Assembly: GCF_009914755.1 (NCBI RefSeq)
Contig: NC_060941.1
Origin: the human T2T-CHM13v2.0 reference genome, Homo sapiens
Length of the DNA: 64,000 nucleotides
Reading direction: 5' to 3' (one strand)
Shown here: positions 32,073-43,741 of the stretch, one piece after another
How positions within the stretch are numbered: the first letter of the stretch is position 1
How the letters are laid out: the number at the start of each line of letters is the position of its first letter
Translations under genes and position numbers: made by a program
The notes under the pieces: generated by a model
What the model was told of the DNA's origin: nothing
Databases searched by the model: none
What the model saw: the letters and a program-made list of their open reading frames with translations, nothing else

Positions 32073-33539
32073 GCCCCACCCAACCCTCTGCATCTCTTCT
32101 TTGGCTGACATGTGTAGACATTTGATATTCTGGTCCCTGGTTTAATCCCTCAATGTAATGGTTGACTTAATTTATGAGCAGATGTTAAGGGACTTAGGAG
32201 TCCACTATGTATTTTTTCCTAACTCAGGTTTGAGAAATTTCTCTAAGTCATTCTGCCTGATAGAGTAGATATATCACTGATCATATTAGTGGTTTAAGAC
32301 ACTGGCACTTAACTAGGTATGCTTTCTAGAAACGTTTTTTTAATCAGTTTCTCCATCCAAACAGGTAGTGGAAAAGTTCTTGATTATATTCAAATTAGGA
32401 GATTGCTGTATGTTGATACGGCAGTGTCACAGATACTGGCGGTGGGAGAGACAGTAAAAAGCTGGAGGTGAAGCTTTGGAACTCTTTTATCACTGTGGTG
32501 GGTCTTTCTTTCTGGGGGTCAGAATGTCTCAGTTCTTTTGAAAGTCCCATGAAATTCAGGGACTTCCCTCCAAGGAAAAGCACAGAATCTTGCAGGAAAT
32601 TACTGGGTTTTTTTCACATCATTGGTTGTCCATGAATCCCAGGTTGACAATTTTTGCTCTACCAGGACAAACAGTATGTTTATGAAGATACACACGATTC
32701 ACTAATTTCAATATTATGTGCCAGGGACTATGACTGGACTAATTTATAATTCTGAACAAGAAACATGCTCCCTTGTCCTCACAGAGGTTAAACGTAGTAT
32801 GGATACAGAAATTAGACAAACCACCAAATACATGTTTACAAAATTTGTGTTAATGTTATGAAAGAATATGGCAACTTGAAAGTTTGTAACAGAACTAATT
32901 TAAATGAGGATTAGAGAAAGCTTCAGGTAGCATTAATGCTGAGGCCTGCAATTCTTAGTTAAGTGAAAAGTTTGGAAATGAGTATTGTAGGCCCAAGGAA
33001 CAACCTGTACAAAGACCCAGAGGACAGAGCTCTGGCACATTCAAGGAAATGGAAATGCTAAAACCAAGAGTAAAGAAAGTTAACAGGGAGCTCAGTACCA
33101 GATGAGGAAAATGTAATTTGGAAGCAAAAAGGAGCGAGTACAACTGTGAAGAACAGTGCCAGGGGCAGACAAGTAAGATAAGAACTGAAAACTAGATAAT
33201 GGATTGGAGATCATTGATGATTTTAGTAAAAGCTACTTTGATGGACTGATGAAGACAGAACCCAAATTTCAGTGCATTTGAAAAGCACATGAGAGATTAA
33301 GTAGAGACAGTAAGTACAGATAACTTCTTAGAACTTAAATATGAAGCAGTGATGAAAACAGGTTTGGGGCCGGGCACGGTGGCTCACGCCTATAATCCCA
33401 GCACTTTGAGAGGCCAAGGCAGGCGGATCGCCTGAAGTCAGGAGTTTGAGACCAGCCTGGCCAACATGGCAAAACCCTGTCTCTACTAAAAATACAAAAA
33501 TTAGCCAGGCGTGGTAGCGGGTGTCTGTAATTCCAACTA

Positions 33540-33647
<108 letters not shown>

Positions 33648-34246
33648 TCAAAAAAAAAAAAAAAAAGGGGTTGTTGGTAGCTAGAGGATACTAAGGCATT
33701 TACTACAAGAAGAGATGGAATTAAAGGCTGTACTTTGTATAAAATGGGAGACATGGGAGATGCTGGAGAATCTGTGAATGTTGAAGAATAGGATCTGGCA
33801 TAGAAGGAGAGGTTGAAGACTCAGGAAGGGAAGAATAACTGAATGGGTCAAGTGCTTCAGAAGCCAGGAATAGACAGGATCACAGAAATAATGGACAATA
33901 CAAATGAAGATAAACTTGAAGATTTAGTGATGGGAAAATGAGGAAGTTTCCATATCAAGACATTTAATGTATTAAGAATGCAGTTTCTACCAGAGAGTTT
34001 AGAGGTTTGAGGAGAGTGAAGAAGACTGAAATCGTTTTGAGGGAGATGAGACCAAACTTTTTAGGGAAACATTAAAATTGTAGCACCATTCTGGGGCCTT
34101 ATGAACTTGGTGATCATGGTTTCATAGCGCTGTGATTTTTGAGATTTTTCCTCAGCCATGTTTTGCTATACTGTATATATGAATGTTGTGCTTTCAGGTA
34201 TATTTTCCAGCTACAGACATATGTAAGACGCATATAAAGAATTGAA

Positions 34247-35317
<1,071 letters not shown>

Positions 35318-35483
35318 TTAAATAAACTAGAATACACACTTCAGGGCAGAGACTTATTTTTACTCATATGTAGCCTGAACTCCAAAACCAGCTCAATTTT
35401 TAATTACAGTGCTGGCAGTTAAAAACCAAAATAGCACTTTGAAATTGATACATAACCCTTTTGCTGTGATGGCTTTGTTTCAG

Positions 35484-35544
35484 AGCTATTTATGAAGAAA
35501 TTGATGCTCACCAGCACAAAGGAGCTCAAAATGATGGTGACTGA
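35484..35544 (+). CDS. TOM1L1: TOM1L1 last coding exon (AIYEEIDAHQHKGAQNDGD*), YEEI Src-family SH2 ligand
   Basis: tttcag acceptor; TGA at 35542-35544; donor gtaaag at 35546; counting back from a 476-aa length puts the Tyr at Y460. Confidence 0.96.
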
Positions 35545-36199
35545 GGTAAAGACTTCAACTTATACAACTTAATTCCATATTCCATATAATTTCAGTATAA
35601 TTATCACTTTACATATTTAGTATTTAAATTTTCTAAGGGCCATCTGAGTCTGACACTTTGAAATATGAGTTCCCCTGAATCATTCAAATTGTGCTGAACC
35701 ATTGTTCACTAATGAGAGTCATTCTTTGTGATTTTCTCATCTGTAAATAGTAAGGCTTGGGAATACAGTAGTTTATGGTATAGAAATATTAATGCTAACA
35801 AAATAGATGAGCAATAGGAGTAGCACTGAAATCAGGCATTTGTTTTTCATATGCAGTTAATACTTGTTAACCGGTACCAGTAGACCCATTTACCGTTAGT
35901 CCTCCAAATAGGTCTGAATTTTTCCTATTTTCAGCACTACTAATCCCATGTATTTACTATTTAATGGTCACCAATGAACTATCAAAACTTATTTATTCCC
36001 CTTATACCCTCCCCTATGGAAGAAGCACATTCTTACCTTTCTTCTACTAGACTGTGACTCTCCAGCTTCCCAGTAAAGACAAGAGAGTTATCAAGGAATG
36101 GGGAAAGAGAAGGACAGGATGAATACTGGCCATTTTCTTCTCTTTATTTTAGAAGAAAGTGGATGATCAGCTCACTACCACATCAAAGGTGCCAACTCT

Positions 36200-36244
36200 C
36201 TAAAACGTAGACTCTGTGCAGCTTTGAAGCCTGGAAGACAATAC
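36200..36244 (-). CDS. COX11: Candidate alternative COX11 terminal coding exon (VLSSRLQSCTESTF*)
   Basis: ttggtag|GTATTG acceptor, phase 0 compatible with exon 3; resembles my recollection of a short COX11 isoform C-terminus; pyrimidine tract is weak. Confidence 0.55.
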   Translation of the reverse strand, partial: VLSSRLQSCTESTF

Positions 36245-36853
36245 CTACCAACATGTCAAAGCCATGGTGGCACATTTCTGCTATAATGAAGATTAAATAG
36301 AATAACAGTTCCAGGATAACACTGATTCCTGACAACAGCGTGAGATTTCAACAGAACTTGTTTGGAACAAATACTCACTTAAAACTTCAGCAGAAGAAAA
36401 ATTACTTAGTCCTTAGGCCAACCAATTTAACTGCAGTGTCATGTTTCACAGGCCTTCCTACATTTAGAAATCGTCACACAGCTGTGATAAGAGTAGATTA
36501 TTTTACTATGAAATAATTCTGAATAGATGAAAGCATAAAATGTGAGAAACTGAATGTATTATTCAGGAAGAATACTGAGTGCCTTCATTTAACTAAAGTT
36601 GAATGTAAAAGTCAATTTGCACTTCTTTATAATCCTCTGGTTTAGAATTATAAATTGTTAAAACCTTGATAATTGTCATTTAATTATATTTCAGGTGTCC
36701 TGAACAGGTCACTAGACTCTACATTGGGCAGCCTTTAAATATGATTCTTTGTAATGCTAAATAGCCTTTTTTTCTCTTTTTACTGCAACTTAATATTTCT
36801 ATTTAGAACACAGAAAATGAAAATATTTAGAATAAGTTGTACATTTGATGACA

Positions 36854-36870
36854 AATAAATCACTATTAAA
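36854..36870 (+). terminator. TOM1L1 polyadenylation signals (AATAAA 36854-36859, ATTAAA 36865-36870)
   Basis: Canonical hexamers followed by a T-rich downstream element. Confidence 0.75.
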
Positions 36871-37650
36871 ACAATTTAATACTTTTTTTTTTTAACAAAG
36901 GTTTGTTTCCAGAAGAACTTTTGATGTCAGTAAATCTTCACAATCCCACCTGTACATTTTAACATTCATGGACTTGTAATGGTGATGCTTTGGCTAACAG
37001 CCTAGTAGATGTATTTTATTTCAATTTTATGATACTACAGTTTCAAAGTAATTATTCAGAACTCTGAATATAAAATAGCCCTAAACCTTAAAGGACAAAT
37101 CAAATTTGAAATAAGAATTTAAATCTTTGGACAAGCTGTTAGGGCTTAGTGACTCCTCTTCTACTTTGAGCTTTTAAAATACTGACTATTCATAATGAAG
37201 GAAAATAGCAACCAACTCTTTTAGACACAATAAACATGGTTAGAAGTTCTGGCCTATGACTTGAAACAAATAACCCTGAGCATACATTTTTGAAAAACAT
37301 TGTCAGATTCATTGCTGTAAGTATGAAGAGTTAATAATCTGGAAGGGAATTATGGAATTAAGCTGAACCCATGCCTGCATATTTAAAAAACAAAGCGGCT
37401 TATTTTAATAGTATCAAACTCTTCAGTATGGTATTGAATAGTCAGTCATATATTCTAGCTAGGCATATGAGTTTCTTATGATAAAAGCTGAACTTGTTCT
37501 CTCAAGTTTAAGTGAAAAAAATTAGTTGAGAAAAAATAATTATTTAAAATATAAGCCTTCATATTATTGTACAATATTTCTCCTTTGAGAAGATAGGATA
37601 TATGATTTTCCCAAAAATCACAACTTTGAAGGAAGACTTAGTTGCTGACT

Positions 37651-37833
37651 TCAATTATATCCTGGAACTGGCAACTTGTGCCCTTCCTTTGCTTCAAAAA
37701 AAGTGTAAGAAAGAGTGATAAGATCAACTTTAATCATTCTTGGATCTTCAGCAAATTCAGGATCAATGTAGAAAAACACTGGCATATCTACTTCCTCTTG
37801 GGGATTAAGCCTTTGTTCTTCAAAACAGAAGCA
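37651..37833 (-). CDS. COX11: COX11 exon 4 CDS (CFCFEEQRLNPQEEVDMPVFFYIDPEF...VPGYN*), CFCF copper-binding motif
   Basis: ttccag acceptor; 183 nt ending TGA; hallmark Cox11/CtaG sequence. Confidence 0.97.
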   Translation of the reverse strand, partial: CFCFEEQRLNPQEEVDMPVFFYIDPEFAEDPRMIKVDLITLSYTFFEAKEGHKLPVPGYN

Positions 37834-38223
37834 CTGGAAATTATAGAAAGATTTTAATAACATTTCTATTCTCGTATTACATAACAGAAACTATACAGTT
37901 CTTTTATCTTAGCATTCCAGTACACTTCGTGATTTTAATAAGCATACTATTAAATACACAGTTCTGTGATAAATTAAGAGCATCTTTTCATCTCAATGAG
38001 TTCTGCTTTAAGGATGAAGAACAAATTCTAATCTTAAAAGCAGATATCCATTTGGTTTGGTTCTCAATCTCTGCATAGCAGGTATAGATAGTGAAGAAAA
38101 ATAGCTTGATGTTTAGAAGAAATTCGTTTTCAGAAATCACAAGATCTACTAAAACACTAAGTTTCATACTAAACCGTTTCATGTATCTTTATCATATTCT
38201 GTAAAGTTTACACTTTGATGTAC

Positions 38224-38349
38224 CTGTATTTTATTGAAATACTGTCCAGCTTCAAATGGAACAATATTGTATGTAGAAATTCCAATTACTGGTTTGTCAG
38301 TAGGATTCTTAGCTCTGTAAAACGCCAGTGCAGTCTCTCCTGGCACCAC
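38224..38349 (-). CDS. COX11: COX11 exon 3 (VVPGETALAFYRAKNPTDKPVIGISTYNIVPFEAGQYFNKIQ)
   Basis: acag|GTG...CAG|gtac; 126 nt, phase 0 to 0. Confidence 0.97.
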
Positions 38350-39614
38350 CTGTTTTAAAGAATATATATATTATCAATACTTTGAATCTCACAAAGTTCC
38401 TCTTTTCCCTGCTAAATTAGTCTCATTATTTTGCCTATTCATCAGACCATAATACCTAATCTAATGTAGGGTTCAGCAAAATAAATTGTGAATATTACCC
38501 ATAAACATATCTGAGTTTAAAAACTTACTTGCATATGTCAATGAAGAACCAATGTTCTAATATCCATAATTAGTTATGAACTGTCCTCTTGTATATTTGA
38601 GGTCTTCAAGGAATAATCGGCAAATTACATTATTTAAAATGTGTCCAAGCCAATCATATCACAGCCCTAGCCCAACTTTTCTGTAACACTTATACCTGAA
38701 TGTCATGATTGACTATTTTTTTTAAAAAGATACCAACATTAAACTTACCTTAAAATCAGAATAAAACTGACTGACTAGAACCTTTATTATGCCACAAAGT
38801 GTTAATACTTTGGAGAAAATAAGGGAATAGCGAGGCTTAAAAAAATTTTCCAAAGGATATTCTGTCACTTGTACCAATTCAGCCACTAATACCTTTGTAT
38901 ACTACCACGTAATTGGAGAAGATTCATAATCATAACCTATAAAATCTTTATTAAGAGATTCAGTCATGTTTACTAAACTGGGCAAGCACTAATATTTATA
39001 AGGCTTTTCCAATATGGGTTGAAATTAACTCACTCTGGCTAATCCTCAATTAATGAGATTTCAGTTAAAATCTTTCTTACAGTTGGTTAAAATTTTAGGA
39101 AAGCGTTTAGGTATAGTCTCAGTCTCACTGGAGTATAACATAACTATTTACTACTTATTGATTATTTCAAAGGCCCTCAATTTGTTTTCTTTTAGAAGGA
39201 CAGGGATACTTTTGATATAAACCAGTAAACTACTCATTGTAACCAATGCTTTTCCACATTTTTCCCATGTCTTCTATGCCTGAGGAAAAGTCAGGAAGCT
39301 ATATAGCCTGACGGTTACTGCTACTCCCAACTGTTTCACTCATCTAAACTTAATTTCAAAATACTGACGGGTTCCATTACTATAAATTTTTTTATTCCCA
39401 TAGACTACTTTTTAATAGTGCTTTACACCTAATGTAACAGAATTTATACTTTAACTTTTAAGTTACATGATAGTAAAAGTCAATTTGGAACAATGGAAAA
39501 TGCCATGTTTTATTAGAATCATAGTGTTAAAATTAGTCCTCTGACAGTTTAAGTGATGAAAGAAAGGAATTTACATTAATAAAGTAATCTTTTAATGACT
39601 GGTTAGTCACTTAC

Positions 39615-39770
39615 ATATATTTCTGTTTGCTGAGGTCTAAAGTTCCACTGGAGACTTGCATGCACATCTGCATTAAAGCTAATTTTAATGATTCGATCTT
39701 TAACAGGCACCATGTTTTCAATCTTGTCTGAGGCATGACCTGCAACTGCTGATCCTCCAAGTCCAGTAGT
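39615..39770 (-). CDS. COX11: COX11 exon 2 (TTGLGGSAVAGHASDKIENMVPVKDRIIKISFNADVHASLQWNFRPQQTEIY)
   Basis: ttctag|ACT...TAT|gtaagt; 156 nt. Confidence 0.97.
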
Positions 39771-40493
39771 CTAGAAAAAGATACCAAATATGTTAAACAA
39801 TACTTTTAGGTGTTGATGATCTATTTATTTGATAAAAGTTTAAAAACAATGTAGTATTTATAATCCATTTGGAGCCAAGTTTACATATGGTAACTGACCA
39901 TTGCTGTAACTGTGTCAAGAATCTGACTACTTTTGGGATGTCATGAGCCTGTATTTGTTAAAGTCATTCCTATTTTTCAGCAATCCCTTGGTTACCTGGC
40001 ATGGTCAAAAATGAGTCTGGGAAAAGCAGGTTCACTAGATAAGTCAACTATTATCACTGATAGTCGAACTCACAATTTCCAGCTTAGCCATTTATAAAAA
40101 ACACATTTCCCTTTATTGCTAGTATTTCATTAATAGAAATAAAATTTACCCATGACCTTGTAATTCCACTGAAAATACTTAACTCAATTTTTCCATATTC
40201 CTGTCTGGTCCTTTTCCATATCACAGCTTTTATAATCCAAATAAGATTGTAGCTTCACTTTTATTAACATTCTGCTTTTCTAAGGTATCACAGGTATTTT
40301 CCCACGTTGGTTAATGGTTTTGAATCTTTTCTGTACTTCTCTGTATAGTAGAGCTTTTATATAAATCACTAATCAGAGCACCTAATCCCTATGGCCACAG
40401 AAATAATCATAGGGCATCAAGAGTATTTGTGTCTGACATTTCTTTTATTCATGACAGTTATTTCCTTGACATCACTTTTAAAAAAAGCCCTTA

Positions 40494-40879
<386 letters not shown>

Positions 40880-41355
40880 CTAGGGGAAGACTCCCAGCAA
40901 GATACAGTGTTTTAGCATTCTCTGTTTGTTACGCAAGTCAACTAACTTCATTTGACTGCCATGCAACATTACTGAATTACATTATATCCCTAAAAGATGC
41001 ATCAGAGGGCAAGCCTTTATCCTTGTTTATCCTTCTGCCTGAGTGCTGTGTTTAAGATGTAACTTCTTTTACTAAAAAATTTAAGTCACTTAAATAAAAA
41101 TACTTTTAAGTGTCCTCCCTCAATAAAGATTCCAATATAGTCTTTGAATATGGGTTCAAATTTCTAAGTTCAATGCCTAAAGTAAAATAGACAAAAAGAC
41201 TAGAAAACAGCACTAAAAAGATGTCCTGGTCTCTATTCTAGTTGTGCTACTAGCTCTAAGAACCTGATAGATTACAAATTACATTTGGCTTCCTGATCTA
41301 TGATTGCATGTGGGCACATTTCACACGCAATATTATCAGTTATTTCAGTTTGGGG

Positions 41356-41580
41356 CAGGGTTTCTCAATCTTAGAACTATGGACATTTTGGGCTGAATAA
41401 TTTTTTGTTGTTTGGGGGTGAGGCAGTGCTTTGTTGGTTATTTAGTAGCATTCCTAGCCTCTACCTATTAGATGCCAGTAGCACCCTATACCCCCACCTC
41501 CATGTTGTGACAACCAAAAATGTCTTCACACATCGCTAAATGTTCCCTGAGGGGCAAAAATCTCCTGGCGGTCTGAGAAG
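41356..41580. mobile_element. MER20 DNA transposon
   Basis: ttctcaa...gacattttgggctgaataatt...ctagcctctacc...gatgccagtagcacc...gtgacaaccaaaaatgtc. Confidence 0.7.
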
Positions 41581-41945
41581 GATCTAGATTTGCTGATTTG
41601 GATTCAGTTCTGCTTATGATTTAACCAACTGGTAGTTTTAGAATTCATGCTTGGGCTTGGTCTCTGATGAAAAGTAATTCACATTCTATACTCATCCTCA
41701 AAATCAACTATTGCACATTCCCACATAAATGCTGGCATTAGGAGACTATGCCAGAAAAGAAAAGTCCTTTTGTCTTCTGCTTCATCATCTAAAAGAAAGG
41801 TAAATTGATTTCCACGGGCATGGTGGCTCACGCCTGTAATCCCAGCACTTTGGGAGGCCAAGGCAGGAGGGTCACTTGAGCCCAGGAGTTGAGACCAGCC
41901 TGAGCAACATAGGGAGACCTCGTCTCTACAAATTTAAATAAATAA

Positions 41946-41956
41946 ACGTGCGCGCG

Positions 41957-41996
<40 letters not shown>
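41946..41996. repeat. (CG)7(CA)n compound microsatellite at the tail of an Alu monomer
   Basis: Direct read. Confidence 0.95.
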
Positions 41997-41999
<3 letters not shown>

Positions 42000-43206
42000 A
42001 GAGTGAACTCCAGCTAAGAATACCAGTCATGGTGTTAAAAAAACAATTCCCAAACTTTCCTGCACGCTGGAATCACCTAAAACATACTTGACAATTACTG
42101 ATGCCTGGTTCCCACTGTGGCCTTGTGATAAAATGGGTAATGTGTGTGGATTTTTAGAAGCTGTCCAGGTGATTCCCAATGTTGCTGTACAATGAATTTT
42201 GGGAGCCACTATCTTAAACACTTACTGAATCACTTGTGGCATGATTTTTAAACCGAAATTCCTGTCCCTACCCTAGACTTCCTAACCAGAATCTCTGGGG
42301 TAGGGGATCCCTGGAACGTGTATTTAACGTTAAGCTCCATAGGTGATCCTAATGGCCAGCCAAAGCTGCAAATTATTAGCTAAGAACAAAGGAGAAATCT
42401 CTAAAATACGTGAAACTTGTCTTTGCCTGTGGTTCTCAAAACTTGCCCTCAAAATCAACTACAGGACTTAACTAAAATATAGAGTGCTGGTCCCACTCCC
42501 CTTCTTCTCCCCGCCCCACCCCCCCACCCCGTGTTTCTGACTCAGTCCTGGAGTCGGGCCCTAGAATTTGCACTTTTAACAGGTTCCCGGGTGATGCTGA
42601 TGCTGCCGGTCCTGGGCGCCACACTCCCAGAACCGTTGCAATGTACTTAACAGTTTCCAGGTTAAGTACATTACAGTTATATATTAACAGGGGTGGGGCG
42701 AGAGAGCCTCAAAGGCCTAATTCATGCCTCTTTGTACGGAGGAACTGCTAATCCCAGTTTAAGCCCAAGAAACACGAGTAGTCCAATTTCCAGAGTTACC
42801 CTTGGCACATAAACCACATGTGGTTTGCAGAGTGAATGTATGAATAATACATTTTAAAAGCGTGTGTGCGCAGGAGGGTAAGGCAGACTGCTAGATACCC
42901 GGTTAGAGGCTGCGGACCTTTTTTTTTTTTTTTTTTTGGCGAGGTGCAGTTCATAGATCAGGGGTTTCACTCTGCAGCATGGTATAAGCACAATCACTAA
43001 GAACTGGATGCTACTTGCAGTTTTGTCACCAATTTCTTTGGTGACTTTGGGTGTTAAGTGACTGTTTTGAACCTCTCTCCTCTTAGGTAGATAATATCGG
43101 AAACCTCTTCCACCTACGACCCGCAGAGCGAGGGCTTGTCCCGGGATTTGTCTTGCACCCCCACCTCTCGCGTCTGCGCCACCCTGCGGGCGGCGCCGGC
43201 CCCTAC

Positions 43207-43572
43207 CTGGCAATAGAGCCGATAAAGGGGTACGGCAGCGTAGGACGCCCCCAGCATGCCCACGGCGACAGCGGCCACGTAAGTGAGGGTCGTCTTGTTC
43301 TGCCGCCGCCGCTCCTCCTCCTGCGCGCGTGTGAAAGGGTTCGAGCTCTTAGGCCGCCGCGGCGGCTGCAATGCTGGATGCCGGGCTCGAAGGCTGCAGC
43401 GCTTCCATGTCCCAAGCCACCTCAGTCCTCTCTCGGCACCTCCTGTCCCACTCCACTCTGGCCTAAGAAACGGCTCTACCCTCTCTGCAGCCCTGGTTGG
43501 AGACCCAGGGTGGATCCAGCGCCAGCCACAGAAAGGAACGCACCTCCATCCAGGACGCCAGAGCCCTCCCAT
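43207..43572 (-). CDS. COX11: COX11 exon 1 CDS (MGGLWRPGWR...YAAVPLYRLYCQ): mitochondrial presequence and TM helix
   Basis: ATG at 43572; 366 nt; donor gtaggg; four exons sum to 276 aa. Confidence 0.97.
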
Positions 43573-43620
43573 AACCCTCTGAACTAACACCCACCCGCCT
43601 CTCAGGGACGAGAGGTCAAA

Positions 43621-43649
43621 TCTCGCGAGGCGTGCTGCGTCTCGCGAGA
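43621..43649. promoter_or_regulatory. Tandem TCTCGCGAGA-type palindromes (BANP / CGCG element)
   Basis: TCTCGCGAGG at 43621-43630 and perfect TCTCGCGAGA at 43640-43649. Confidence 0.8.
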
Positions 43650-43669
43650 TCTGGGTTGAGCCTGCCGCT

Positions 43670-43741
43670 GCCTTGGCTACCAGGCTCCTCAGGTGGCAGC
43701 GCTTGCAGTCGGGCTACGGAGGCCGGGTTGCCAGATTACGG
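43670..43741 (+). other. STXBP4: STXBP4 non-coding exon 1 (start approximate)
   Basis: Strong donor CGG|gtaagt immediately downstream of the promoter palindromes. Confidence 0.75.

Larger units (their letters stand above)
36153..36880 (+). other. TOM1L1: TOM1L1 non-coding terminal exon (3'UTR); 3' end approximate
   Basis: Strong acceptor ttttcttctctttattttag (tandem TAG-AAG); follows the donor just after the stop; AATAAA and ATTAAA near 36854-36870. Confidence 0.85.

Noticed and set aside
37988-38182. 64-aa ORF in COX11 intron 3
   Set aside because: Out of frame with exon 3; intron read-through stops after VHQSVNFTEYDKDT
43153-43587. Plus-strand ORFs of 144 and 99 aa over COX11 exon 1
   Set aside because: Antisense shadows of a GC-rich coding exon; they lie upstream of the plus-strand TSS
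43573-43590. N-terminal extension MLVQRV of COX11 in the ORF track
   Set aside because: Starts at a non-ATG codon; the ATG at 43572 gives the 276-aa protein
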